64,000 bases of DNA from Convolutriloba macropyga (Eukaryota), in the NCBI RefSeq assembly GCF_964194025.1, contig NC_134473.1:63054001-63118000 (forward strand), in the 5' to 3' direction. Numbering within the stretch: the first letter of the stretch is position 1; each line of letters opens with the position of its first letter. Made by a program: the position numbers and the translations under genes. Shown in pieces: positions 14,312 through 27,806 of the stretch. The notes under the pieces are model-generated. The model saw only the letters and a list, made by a program, of their open reading frames with translations. It did no database searches and was not told where the DNA came from.

Positions 14312-14409
14312 CTATTTAATAAGTTTATCACAACAATTAGGCGTTGAATTGAAACTACACTAAATAGGCCAATAACTATCCTATTTGTTCTGATAAACTT
14401 ATTAAATAG
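14312..14409. repeat. 98-bp hairpin / inverted repeat
   Basis: Perfect 19-bp arms ctatttaataagtttatca / tgataaacttattaaatag, extending inward with mismatches. Confidence 0.8.
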
Positions 14410-14769
14410 ATCTTGTTTTGGCCATCCAGTGAGCGAAACCGTGGCAGAACATACCAGTCAGTCTTCAACATCATCAGGTTGTTTTTTTTCTTTCAATTGT
14501 TGTAAAATCATAAACAAAAAACTTGCATCCAAAGATTCACTTGCAGTGCACTGCCGAAGAGAATTCCAGCATTATCAAGGAGATTGATCAACCGTATGCA
14601 GACAATTGTGTCTTTTCCTTCACAGGTGCTACCCTACCGGACCTGACAAAAATCATCGAACAATATAGAAAAAATTACACAACAGAGAAACTTAATCAAC
14701 ACAATCATTGACAAATTTGATCATCGTTCTGTTTCCATCAGCAATAATAATAATATTAATACAGAATTT

Positions 14770-15510
14770 AGAAAAAAGTCCAAGGGTTTTACATTAACCC
14801 CAGTTTGTTTCGTTCAGTTTATTAGATAACAAAATTCAGTTTTTTCACGTTCATGCAGTCGTTGCAACCACACATAATTCGCCAAGAGCACGTGTTGTTT
14901 TCATCGTAACGCAGTCTGAAGTTTGGCTTTGTGGTTTTCATGAAATAGGATATTGTATTGGAAGAACTCGTTGAAGGTGTTCGCAAGGTGGCAGGGCCTG
15001 TACCAATAATCGGATTCACATTTCCTGAGTTTTGGTTGTCGACATATGAAGTTACGAGTCGTTTGGTATCGAGTTGTACCTGGCTCGGTTATTGATACAT
15101 AAAGTTTCCAGTTTAAATTAACTTTCCCTGTTAAAATTTTTTGCAAATAACAAAACGACATGTAGCTCACGGTACAAGGATAAGGGAAGTAAATTGAGTT
15201 TTGCGAGTTGTTCTTTGTAAGGAATTTTGCCTCCAGTGATCCAATTTGCTGCTTTTTTCCGTACACTTTCAATTTGACTGAGTTCAACTTTGCCTGGTTT
15301 CCACACACACTTGAGCCGTAACTGATAATTGGAGCAATATAACTGACATACGAGTTTTTCCTGTTTGCGTAATTTGCCAAAGAAAGGTTTCTCTTAATAG
15401 AGTAAAGAGCGTTTAAAGCCTTTTGAGTACGAGAATTGAGAATGAGTTGCCCATGTAAGAGTGTCGGCTACAACTACTCCTAGGTCTTTCATTACTGTCT
15501 CCCCAGTAGG
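14770..15510 (-). mobile_element. 5'-truncated CR1/L2-group LINE 3' end
   Basis: KDLGVVVADTLTW, YVSYIAPIISYGSSV/WKP...IESVRKKAANWI...YKEQLAKLNLLPL, terminal CSWRIMCGCNDC. Confidence 0.85.
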
Positions 15511-16004
15511 TCTTCGTCTCCCCAAAAAATTGTTTTATAAATATCCAAAATAAATATCTTAATTAAGGCATAAATACTTATTGTTTCAATTTTCTTCTTT
15601 GTACTTTAACAAATACCACGCTAAGATCATTAAAAGTATAATAGCTTGCTCTTAGGCAGCTACTATAATGGCAACAGATATTTAAAAAAATGAAAAGATG
15701 TTGTTTAATGTACCATTACCGGTTTATCTGGCAACGAAAATGTTAATCAATGTTAATCATTGATCAGGTGCTACTATGGTGTTGACATAGATTCACAGTG
15801 GATGTCAAAAAAGCGTGCAAAATGCACAATTTTTGATACCTTAACCGGTGACCCGAGGAGAGAGAAAAACGACAATTTATGCGTCAAACCCCTATTCGGG
15901 ACCTCGAAATATTAAGAGACAGTCGTCGACAGATTTAAGGTATGAAAAGAATTTCCTCGACAGATACTGTGTATGGAAAGAATTTGTCTGGTCCCAAGGT
16001 GACG

Positions 16005-16150
16005 TCCTGGACTTTGGCTGGAACTAAAACAACCGACCTAGAATTTGGCTCGAGCTAAAACATACGTACTGAAATTTGGATGGACATAAAAAAAATTGTT
16101 CTGGAATTTGGCTAAACAATAAAGTTGTTCTGGAATTTTGCTGGACAATG
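16005..16150. repeat. Degenerate ~30-bp minisatellite, about 5 units
   Basis: Recurrent ctggaatttggctgga-like core. Confidence 0.6.
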
Positions 16151-17029
16151 AAATTACGATGTCCTTGAATTACGATCGAGACCTTTACATTGACTTGTTC
16201 TCAAATTCCTTCAAAATTAAGGACATGTAGCGCAATTGAATAGGCATTGGATATGATTGGAGAAGGTCACGAGATCGATCACAGATGCTGTCTGAATTTT
16301 TTTAGTTTGCCTCATTTTTGCATATGAAAAGGATTTGGCTGGACTTATGGAAAGATTTAGCCTCGAATTAAACTAGAGTCCTCGAACGTGTAATTTAATT
16401 CAACATTTATGCCTCCCAACTTGAGTTAAGAGGTCTTTTCATAAATTCGGGATATGGACTAGGGACTTAACAACACCTTAAGGCAAAAGCCAAATCTCCA
16501 TATTTGTTGTAAAAGGGACCAACTGACGACTGATTTTTTTTCCACTGCAGCAGAATGGCCATTCCATAGCAAGGACCTGACGCTCGTATGCAGTTTACTG
16601 GAATTTAAGGAAAATTTGTTTAATCAAAAAACACTTTCTAAAAACCTTTTATTTTATTGTTTTATGTAAAAGTGGGAATGAAGTCCTTTTCGTTGTAAAA
16701 AAGAATCACTTTAAGTAGCATTTTAACTGAGAAAAAGTATAGCCACAGTGTTTTTAAATTAATATGAAATAAAAATTCAATACCAGCTCATTTCACTAAC
16801 AGCTATTTATCTCGGTCAACAAATAGAAAAAAAAAACATAGAAAGGCACAAAACAATGATGCTCTTCAAAAAATTTCAATTTTAGAAAAGAGGAGAAAAA
16901 TATTTTGGCAGCCAGTTTACATTTTCACGCTAATAATCATTCCATTTATGACAAAAAGTTTGATCTCTTAGCCTCGCAATATATCGGTACCGGGATATTA
17001 TAAGGGTACCGGAGTATCTTGAGGAATAT

Positions 17030-17950
17030 TCGACATTTGGTGGATCAGAAGACCAAATCAAGTTCACCAGTATGATGCACTAAACGACACTCTAACAAAA
17101 CTCATTTCGAACTTAAAAACCTCCAGCATGAAGTATCTGTTTGAGTAATTGAAATTGAGTACATTTCGGTTTTCGAGAGTATGTGTACTGCCGGAGGATA
17201 AGCACACTTAAAGTTTTCAAAAACCTCTTCATTAATAAGCAATGGACTGCATTTTTTGCTTAGCAGTATAGCCAACTCAATCAGAACGCGGGTCGTGAAA
17301 TTTAAACGCCCGACAATGTTTGGCGACGCGGTAGAAGCAAAACCGTTACATAAGAACTCATTTCTCAGCAGTTCGACTGAGCTTGTCCATTATGGTGCTG
17401 ATTTCCAGCATTGATGTACCCTCCAGGCAACGCCATATGTTGAGTTGGAACAACGAATGTGAAACAAACAGATTTCGAAGCTTACAAAAACGTGAGAATG
17501 GTAACTCAAGAGTATACTTCTTACAGAGGTATTTAATTGACTATTTAACATCCGCTTTTCTGATGTTTTTCATTGCAAATCACGGCGTCATCTCTTATTG
17601 GGCAGTAAATTTTCTCCACCGTAGAGTTTTTAATGAAGAACTGAACAAAGCTTATAAGAAGCGTTGTCGGCCAGCGGAAAAATCCTTTTAGATCAGATCC
17701 GTTTAGGATATACATTTAGCCTCCGCAACCTCAGCAAGAAAATCGCTCATTGATCAGATATTGATCAAAAAGAATGAATCAAAGCATGCAAAGCTGTCAC
17801 ACCGTCTAAATTGACCTTTAAGAGAAAACAACGTCGCAGTCGAAGCTCTGGATAGAAAAGGTGGGCCAGTATTTGACAAAGTATACACACCTCAAGGGCT
17901 AATGCACCCAAAAGCACACAAAATTAACGAAACCCATTAACTAGTAAACA
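17030..17950 (+). mobile_element. Heavily decayed LTR retrotransposon gag-protease relic
   Basis: gacaTTTGGTGG resembles an LTR end plus PBS (about 17032-17043). IRTRVVKFKRPTMFGDAVEA is Gag-like. LIDYLTS ... WAVNFL resembles degenerate protease motifs. Confidence 0.35.
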
Positions 17951-18260
17951 TTAACAAGTTAGTTAATAGGTAGCTTTGTAAGTAGCATACAAGAAAAAGA
18001 TTCCTCGCTGAAAAATTTAGTGAATTAGAGGCATCCGCCGAATCTTACGCTAAAGTTTCAAAACAAACATTAACTGATACAAGAGAAACATCAGCAATGA
18101 GCATAACTGACAAAGTACTGTAGATGGAATGAAATAGAGCTGTGCTTTTGGAGAAAGGTAATGAATTTTGTGTCTTAAGGAGATCGACATATTATTGAAA
18201 ACAGTCAAGACATGAACTGCCCCCAGTTTTTGCGGCAACAAATATTCCCCAAAAAAGATG

Positions 18261-18423
18261 GGATCTATTCTGTTTCGCCCCCCCCAGTGTCTTTTATGAC
18301 CCCCAGTTACAATTTATATGTTATATAGCAAATTAGTATGTAATAAAAAAGCACGTGCGTATGGGGGTCATAAATGATTTATGCCCACTAAGCTGGGGGG
18401 GCGGGGCGAAACAGAATAGATCC
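18261..18423. mobile_element. MITE, GG..CC termini, 8-bp TSD (Merlin-like)
   Basis: TIR ggatctattctgtttcgcccc / ggggcgaaacagaatagatcc; TSD aaaagatg on both sides; second family member at 60011-60174. Confidence 0.85.
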
Positions 18424-18799
18424 AAAAGATGTTAATGAAACTTTGTTTCTTATAAAATAAACAAGAACTCCTTTTTCATACTTTTTTATCATAAACTACA
18501 AACAACGGTATCGCCAGCGCAACCTTACAATATTGCGATTGCTCACAAAAAGAGACAACAAAGCGCCTCGCGTTATCTATTCCAGGAAGTTCTTAACGTA
18601 ATTAAAGCAATACTTAAACTTCATCTTCTGAAAAATAGCCATGAACTAGCTTCAAAATTTTATTGAGACAAAAAATATCAATTCTAGTGCTTGAGGCCAA
18701 TGAGCAACTTTTATAATAAAAAACTAAAAGTTTAAAAATCAAACTTTCTTTCTCGGCCGCCATTGATTTTTTTCGCAATGTCTTTACTCCAGTGACAGT

Positions 18800-19400
18800 G
18801 CTCCCGATATGGAAAGATCAAAAGTCAAGCTCCTACACAAACTAGCAGACAACAATCTGCAATTCATATACAACGGAAGCAGGTATTGTCAAACGACGAT
18901 TTGGAAATTAAGACTTCGCTAGCAGTTTTATTGCTGTATTTGGATAAAACGTTTGAAGAGAATCAAAGAGCCGAAAAAAGAACAGCTCTGGAGAGCTTTT
19001 TTCAAACAAAATATGACAGTGCTCATAAACTACCTCTTGAATATAAAATACTTCCCTCAGAAATTCAAATAGCAGAAATTTCCTTAAAAAGACTTTTCGA
19101 TATTGTCCAACAAACAAACATACAAGACCAAAGAAAATTCAGAAGAATCGAAGACGTTGAAATTAAAGTTAATAATCGTACATATGATTTTTTTTCTCAC
19201 AAAAAATGTAAATCTAAATGGAGTCAAAATTCAATTATAATAAACTTTGTTCGGAAATTGAATAAACTTCCAAAAGCTCTAAGAAAGCAAAATCAAAGGA
19301 AAAATTTAAAAGAATTAAAGCAAGAGATGCAAAAAAGACGCGAAAGAGTTCCAATGGACAAAAAATTGAAGGCCTTAAAAGTTTAAAAAAATACTTTTAT
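18800..19400 (+). mobile_element. Decayed LINE 3' fragment
   Basis: Lys-rich ORF 18886-19386 with post-RT-like pattern (ALESFF..KY...YKILP...NKLP), followed by an A-rich tail. Confidence 0.35.
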
Positions 19401-20769
19401 TATAAAAAAAATACTTTTTTTAAAAAAATATTCACGAGAACTAGAAATTGAACCTTAGTTTTTTATTATTATTATGTTAAGTTATAGAAGGCAAAGATGT
19501 AGTATGTAGTTGATATATATTAGATATATAATATTAGAACATGTAACTTTAATTTTGTGTCTATTCGAATTTACATGTTTGAGATTTAAAAAAAAGCGAA
19601 GTATGGAAAACAATATTACTTTGTTTTCATTAAAAACCATTCGGCCAGGCCGTCAAAAACAAAAAAAATCAGAACTTGTATCACATAGAATGTCCAAATA
19701 AAAAGAAGAATCAGAACAAATAATGGTTGTTGTTGTTTGGAAAACTTTTCAATGCGAAAACACTCTAATAAATAGCGATCTAGTAAGCGAAAACTATTTG
19801 AGTGGAATGTAGAAGACATTAATTGCATTATAGAAATCATCCTCAGTGTTTTGCTTCAGGTATTAAACAAAGTGTAAGCATATTTGGAGTACAAAAACAC
19901 ATTACGAGCAAACCTTACTGAGAACGCCAATCTACGTTAATGAAGAAAAGTTTCCTGTAATTAGAACCACAATCAAAAATAAAGAAAACTTTTCTGAATT
20001 ACGGTAGCTGCATGTTCCTTCAAAATACAACAATATTTTTGAAAGTACTATCCATAGTTTTATCCATCTAAAAGCAACCAAAAGTGATTTGACAAAGACA
20101 CAAAAACCACATATATTAAGCAAAAATTCATATCCGGAAAAACCGTTGTCAGGCTTTGTAAATCAGACAATGGGAACAACCTTCTTTTACTTTGAATGGA
20201 CCGCGAAAACAAAAATGGAATGCAAATTAAATGTTAAGCTAAACCAGGAGATGCTAATAATGCAAACCAGAGGGATCTGCAAAACAGGGAAACACATAGA
20301 AATGGTGGCGGTTCAACCCAATTCAGCAATTTTGCATAATGAAAACACTAGACAGCAGATTTTTGGATGGTATATCATTGGATGGCAGAGCACCAGGCAT
20401 GTAGGCGAAAACCTTATTACCTCACGCGCGTTTCATTGGCATATAAATGAACCGTACTTGTGGTAAAAGAAGCTCGTGAATAGATATCACTAACGACATC
20501 TTTGCTGAATAGGTGCGATGAGAACCGACGCCAGGAGCTGATATTAAAATATTAGTTAACCGCAAGCACTTTCAAAAATGGCAATTTAGTCATTCAAAAC
20601 TTTGAAATGATTCGAATTGTTACGGATTTTGTAGAATATCAATATGTTTTCGCAAAGCTAAATGACGAGACTGTGAATAGCAAATTAAAAAGACATAGCG
20701 GAAAATGACAATTCAAAATTTTGTTTTACTAGCAGAAAGTGATTTGCCAATTTATAACAGATTCTGATT

Positions 20770-22800
20770 TGTGAAATAAACGTTTTTGAACTCTCTAAAT
20801 TATTTTATTTTTCATTAAAAGTTTTTTATACTTTTAAATCGTTTCCCAATTTATTTTAGTATAAAATGAATATGTATTTGCATTTGTCTGAGACCACAAA
20901 TTAAACATTTCTAGGAAAAAAAATTAAAAAATTTCGAATCGAGTTTTTTCTATTCACAATATATTATGCTTAATTACATTTTCATGTATACATCTTCTAT
21001 CACTTAATTTAAAAACTAAATTTCCAATCCAGATTTTTTGAATTTGGTAATGTTTTTGTATTTCTGTTGTCATTCAGAATTTTGTCTTAAGTAAGCATTT
21101 TTGTGTGGGGTTCTGCAAAGTATGTATTGTGATTCATATATTTTTTCCCTATAATTCAATAAAAATAAATGATTTGAACTAATAATTTAGCACAAGTACT
21201 TGCCCCTAAAGTTTGTCTAGTGTGTTTAGTGCCGACTTCAGTTTGCTGATGAATTTGTTTTTGATAATTATGAGCTATTATACTTTGCGGCAATCATCCT
21301 TGACTTTCATTCAACCCTAATCGTTGAGCCAGGCTCAGCAAGAATCTGAACGAGTATGAATCGTTCTTTTGAAGTTTAGATATCCCAATGTTAAGTAGGA
21401 TGCTTGCTTCTCTGCCCAATTTTATGGGATCCGCATTTGTTTTATTTTGTTTCCTACATCACGTGTGATTTCTGGACTTCATCAAAAGATGTTTTTTGGT
21501 TCGGAGGCAAGATCGTTGCAGCTGATTTCAACTCTCATAAATTTTGCAATTTGCTCTAAAAATTTGGTTGCTTCTGTATTGTAAAAAAATAGTTGGTTTT
21601 TCATGAGATCTATCCCGGCGCTTTTGATGCTCTTTAGTTTTGTTTTCACTTGATTTTTGTCAGATAAAGTCTCATTTAAAATCTGGTTCAATTCACTATA
21701 TTTGAAGACCATTCATTTGGTTTTTGGTCCAACATTTCATGTTCTGTTCAAGGTCGGTCAGCTTGTTACACTGTTAAAGCTCTGTAAACAGTCCGTTGAG
21801 CTACGTTTCTTCAAGGCTGATGTGATGTTCAGGTGCCAGAATGGTAATATTCCTGTGTCAATTGGTTGTTGAAACCATTTACAGATCAATTTAGTATTGT
21901 TGCTCAAATTTGTGTTGATATCATAAAGGCCAAATTTCTTTTGTCATTAATTTTTTACAATAAATTGCAAGTTTTTATGTACTGTGTTGGCAAATCTTGA
22001 GTTTTTGTTCGAGTAACCACTAACTGTGGAGATAATATTATTCACATACAGCTTCATCCTCCACTTTTCCAAAGTTCGTATCAACATCCTGCATATTGGC
22101 ATATTCCTTTTGTGTTAAATTTTAGTACTTCCCATGTAGCCAGTTCTTTAGCAACTTAGATTCCACACCTTTTCCTTGTTGCAGTCTTTACAATTACCAT
22201 TTTGATCAGAATTGGAAACTTTTGCCTGCGCTCTGGTTTTTGCATTGATGCCTCAAAATATTTCATCCTAGTTTTTTGGTAGTATTACAACCATTGTTGC
22301 AGCCAAGGCTATACCTGCTTTTGCAAGCACTAGACGCACTTCCGTTTAAATTGAGCATTTGTAAACATTAAACTTAAAAACTTTTTTTGTGGAGCTATAG
22401 ATCTCTGGAGCCAGAATGCTTGAGTTGAGTTCTTTTAGAGCAACTGTAACTTCAACCATAAACACCATTCCATTACATACCAAATAAGTTTGCATAGGCA
22501 GTCATTTAGTTTGAACTTAGTCGTTTAGACGGCATCTTAATAAACTCATAATTTTAAATTATTGAAAAGATTGTGTACTACTTCTGCGTAATTTTTTAGT
22601 TGTTTTTTATCACAAAACGCATCCGAAAAAATTTTCAGTCCTATGTGAACCAAGTTAGACATAGCAAAAATCTGTTTACTTGCTCAGCTTTTTTGAAATT
22701 TATGGTAGACCATATTTTTTAGGAATCACTGCTAATGAAGGTTGATTGTTAAAAGGATGCAAAAAAGCTTTTAAGACTTTTTTTAATCTTTTTCCAGTTT
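20770..22800 (-). mobile_element. Old decayed copy of the PHD-containing Penelope-like element
   Basis: Minus strand reads MKYFEASMQKPE / SDQNGNCKDCNK / GKGVESK..KNWLH..EYANMQDV / MKLYVNNII / WFQQPIDTGIL, colinear with 35582-36895. Its 3' non-coding part (about 20770-21100) matches about 36950-37280. Confidence 0.85.
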
Positions 22801-22919
22801 TCGTAACTTACTCAATCATCATCAGTGCTCTGCACAGTTTTGAAAGAATTTATTATTAACACAATTCAGTCTTATCCATTTGAGAAGATGAATTGAATAA
22901 CAAACCACAAATTTCATAG

Positions 22920-23400
22920 AGTTGTGAGTGTCACCCATAATTTTTCAAAAATTAATACAAACGAAACTCTGGAATCGGAGTTAAGGATATAGTTAATGTC
23001 GTTTTTATTTGCTTGTTTTGTGGCTGACACAGGTTTGATTTTGGCGGGGAAGTACAATAGGCATTTGACAAAACGAGGATCCGGCTTCGAGGAAGATAAA
23101 CCAAACCGATATATCAGAATTGACTTAATTTGTTTTAGTTTGCCACAGTGAGAGAACCAGTGTTTGACACAGTCCTAAGTAAGATTTTCATTTGATCTTT
23201 AAGCTCTTAGTTAACCACTTAATTTAATCTTCTAAACAATAAATCTTTCCCAAGCATAAATACTTATTGTTTCAACTTCTTTCTTGTATTTTAACAAGTA
23301 CCACGCTATGTTCCTTAAAGGTATAGTAGATTGCTCTTAGGCGACTACTAAAATGGAAACAGGGATTAAAAGGAAATGAAACCAACACCAGCTAATAAAG
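22920..23400 (+). repeat. Old unclassified interspersed repeat (other copies: about 15560-15720, and 27570-27806 plus 31823-32060 split by the Gypsy insertion)
   Basis: Shared blocks tgtgagtgtcac, gtggctgaca, gagaacc, tacttattgtttcaa, cacgct. Confidence 0.6.
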
Positions 23401-26400
23401 AGCCTTGTACTGAATTTCAAGAAAAAACTTTTTTTTTGAGCAGACAAAGTGCAAACTTCGAATTTTCAACAAAAAGCTCCTTTAAAAAATGGACAGATTA
23501 AATTGATCGTAAACGATTTTGCGACAATTAAATTGCGTTCAAGATTAAATTAGTGAATTTCTGAGAAAAAATTAACAACAAAACACAATTTTAATTTATT
23601 TTTGTTATTACTTATACTGGCAATAGATAGAGTGTTGTTATTTTTCAAAAGCGGTTGAGTTTGAGCTTTAAAAATGTGTTTGGGCACTGAACAGATTCAC
23701 TGAATTTTTATATGAAAACCAACTGCTTTGAAAGTCATTGCTGAATTTTCTGTTTACGGGAACCAATGGTTTTGAAAATTATCTTACATTCTTTGAGTAC
23801 TTGTCAAAATATCAAAAGCGGCAAAAAAAGAAACAGTAAACGCTAACGACCACGAAAACAATTATTGGCCGCATTATTTTGCGTTAAATTTGGCTATTGA
23901 TTCTTATCGGTCACAATTTCTGAGGTCACTAGGAAGAGTTACCATGAGACTGTGATATCTTTATAAAAATCTTTATAAACAGTTATAATGATATCTTTAT
24001 AAACAACATTATAATGAGAAATTGATAGTGTTCCACTGGAGGCTAGTAGGAGAGTCCAGCATATCAGCGGAAAAGTTACAGATTTTTGGAAATTTGCAAA
24101 CATTTGCGTTACAGCATATCTGCAAGATCGTATTGGAATGTTTTTATGAGGGGTTTCCTCAAAGGCGTAGACACTAATCAAGTCCGATTGGACCTGAGAC
24201 AAAACTTAGGCAACGCGGATATGACTCATCAGAGATAACAATAAATTACATAAAGAAGCAATCAAGAGCCTCGAGGAGGCGGAAAACCAGCTGCGGCGTT
24301 TCCGCTGGTTTCAAATGCAAACTTTCAATCAGCTAACTTGATTAAAAATATCGAGAACAGTGCAAATTACTCAAAAAAATTTATCGAAGGTCTTCTTTGC
24401 ATTGTGAGGGGCTAAAAGATGTTCTCTGCGTAAGAGAGTGAGGTAAAAAAAGCTTACTATGGAAATTATACGAATAGGATTTAGTTTTTTGTTAAATTAC
24501 ACGGAAACGACTTTAACAATTGTTCCCAGAAAATTTACACTTTGGAGCACATTTTGAATGAGATAAGAAGAATTATAATACCGAAAACCATAGAAGATGG
24601 AAGATTAATACATAATGAGGTTCAGTAAAAAAAATTAAAACCCCAGGTTTGAAGCGAAATTTACTTTGTCACGACTTAAAAAGAACAATCTTTATGAAGA
24701 CATCTTCTGGTCACTAAAAAATCAAGGTTTTGAGAACGTTATGCATTTTTAAAGAAGAATTCTGAAAACGGTGGCAACAAAAAAAGTTTTCTAATCAGGA
24801 TTTGGATTATTATCGTTTAACATCAAAAAGTCTTTTACGGATAATATTTTAATCTAGCAGGAAACTTAGCGAAAGCTTCAGTACAAAAATATACGCGAAA
24901 ATTTTATATAAACTGAGACTGTAGAATAAGTTCTACCAACAGGACAAGAACTTAATGAAAATGTGATAATCAAGGAAAACGTTTATATTAATATAATTTT
25001 GGTGACACTGCTGCAAGAAAATCTATCAGAGGTCAAAACTCCGCTTCGTTTTTCGAAAATAGTTTTTCTCACATTTTGAAAACGATTTTTAAGTTTTTTT
25101 CGAGAGCGAAGGCAAACATTAAACCTTTTAAAAAAGATAACCCTAAAAAAGTTTTTGCGAACAAAAATACATTTTTGCGAAAAAAAAACCGGACCAAAAC
25201 AAATTAGAAAAAATTCCCCTCAAATGTTTGAAGAAAATATAGTTTTCAACTGGAAAGCAGGTGAAATAACGAGAGTCCCAGATATTTGTTTTAATCCAAA
25301 AAAACATCAAAAACTCAAATTGGTAATTTAGCATGGAAAGCTTCTTTCAAGCGTTTTCGACAATTTTAACTTAAAACATACTCAATCAACGCATGACCTA
25401 CTTGAGGAGAGGGAAATTTTTTTGAATGCAAACGTTTAAATCTTACTTAGAACGTTTCAAAGTGAGATTCAATAATTGAACATTCAAAAAAAGATAAAAT
25501 TTATTCAAAAACGTCGTGACCATTCAGTAACGCTCTTTGAGACAGGACCTCCCGTTGAAAGAGCGGTTTTCAATTTTTTCCTTCACAAAAGTGTCACGTT
25601 GGTAACAGCAATTACTAAGCTTCTCTTTCGCGCAGAAATGGGGACTGTATTAATAGATGGTCGAAAATTCTCTTCTGTCAGACATTTAAATCCTCCTATA
25701 TGTTTATATCAAAATTGCCCAACCGCGGCATATGAACAATTCTCTTCGAACTAGCAGTCATAAATTTTCAACACAATGGAGAACCACTGAAGTAATTCAA
25801 ACGGGAAATTCACCAATGGCAGTTGAAAAACTATTTGAATATGGGTGATCACAAAATACATTGTAGTTTTTCATCACTGCAAACTTAAAAACTGACTCGG
25901 CAATTAAGAAGCCAACTCGAATACTTTGCCACAACTGAGAAGGACTTATCAGTCGAGAAGCCTTCCGAGATTGAAATATAGAAAATAAACACGACAATTT
26001 AAACGTTGTAACAACTAAACTTCTTCCAAAACATTTTCTCCCGAATGAAATTATATATTTTTTTCAAGACCTATAAGCTTAGATCTTTGATGAGCACCTG
26101 AAGAAATTGCTGAGTCGGTCCTAACAATCTGCCTCAAATTAATTTTTTCCAAAAAATTTTCTCAAACAGTTCATCTAGTCGGGATCAGTAGTTAATGGAG
26201 CAAAGACCGTTCGGGAATACCTATGTATAATCAACTATTGAAACAAATTAATGCACGCAGATATCAATAAAAAACTATTGAGGACAAAGAGTTTTTGAGC
26301 GCACCCAGTGTTTAAAAAATAAGTTGTCTTCAGCTGAAGACCAGAAAAAATGCCATTTTCTCTAGAGGCCAAACACAGCAGAAAAATAGCGTCTTAAATT

Positions 26401-26599
26401 CGAGACTATGAAAAACCAAAGGACTGAAAAAAAGCAGGACAAATTGACTGTCATGCATGATAAATAATCGAAACTTCTCCAATTTCAAAACCAAGGAAAA
26501 CATAGAGAGCCAAAAAAAAACATAAAGTCTAGAGTTCTCAACCGAAAAAATTGTAAAGTTTACAGATATGAAAATTTCTCAATTCAATTCTTCAAAGCA

Positions 26600-27460
26600 G
26601 GCAACAAGATTGCATAAAAATGTTGAGGTTTGTTTTATACTATAATTGTTAAATATACCCGATATTTCTCCGGGAGAATACCGTGTTGGATCTTGTCTTT
26701 CTTGCACTTGCAAAGTGTCTTCGATAAAAACTAACGGCACTGAAAAATTCAGCCCAAACATTGCGGGCTGAGGGGAATTGCAAAGCCAACTGAAGAGGTT
26801 GAAGAGCACAAACTATTCACTTCAAAGGAATTTGGTCCATCTTCGACAAAAAAGGTACAGTAATTGCAACAACGCCAATAAGGTGATAAAAGATGCAAAA
26901 GATCAATTGGGCGTTAAGTGTGAGGCACTAAGAGACCACTTAAAAGCAGCCAGACGCGCAGAAATCGACTGAAAAATTAATTCGTTGAAAAAAGAAAAGG
27001 CATATTTTAAATTCAATGCAGCTAAAAAGAGAGAGGCATCTAAAAGACTGGAAAACGATAATGACCAATTAACGTTGGAGTTTCTAAAAATGAGAAATTA
27101 GAACAAGTATATGGTGGAAAAACACCGTTATTGAAAAACCAAGAAAATCCCTAAAAATGAAAAATATAAAGCGACGGCCACCGAGAAATGCATTTTTTAG
27201 CTTTGAGGCAAAGATATAGTGACTCGGCCTGTTACGTTGTACAAGATCTTTTTGGTTAAGATTTCTGACGACAAAGAGTGAATCGAAAAAAATTAACATA
27301 AATAAGCATAATGACGCATCTTGATTCCGGCAATGATGAAGAAATCTTCGAGATCATCATTCGTGCATACCATTTACTGAAAATGATCAAAATGTGAAGC
27401 GTGCAACATTTTTGGACACGAAGAAGAATAGAAGTTTATGAACAATGACAACTCATCTTA
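26600..27460 (+). pseudogene. Decayed coiled-coil plus C-terminal J-domain gene
   Basis: Coiled-coil ORF 26778-26972, then TLYKIFLV..E*IEKN*HK / ISIMTHLDSGNDEEIFEIIIRAYHLL, a J-domain pattern with HPD decayed to HLD. Confidence 0.55.
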
Positions 27461-27806
27461 AGGCATCGTATATAAAAAGTAGCAATTTTTTTTATACTGA
27501 AATTCATTTAAAAAGAAATATGAAAAAAAATTTTGTTTGAATATTGAGTGAGTTATTATTATTGAAAGACCGGCTGTGTGAGTGTCACAAGTATACTAAG
27601 AAAACATGTGACTTCGGGTTCAGAGATATAGTTCAAGTTCTAATTTGATGCCTGATTTGTGGCTGACATAGGGTTGGTATGTGTCGGAAGGAAAAAAACA
27701 TTTGATTATAACAATGACCAATTTTTGTGTGGTATTAACAAACTTGGCATATCACTTTTGATTTGGTTTATTTTCAATGGTAGGAGAACCGATATTTGGT
27801 ACGAAC

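Noticed and set aside
17383-17691. Missing DEP-domain exon of the DEPDC-like gene
   Set aside because: Lacks the DEP core (CF.G.EAVD) and splice signals; context fits a decayed gag-protease better.
20089-20466. 125-aa ORF as a DDE transposase
   Set aside because: No convincing catalytic motifs or TIRs.
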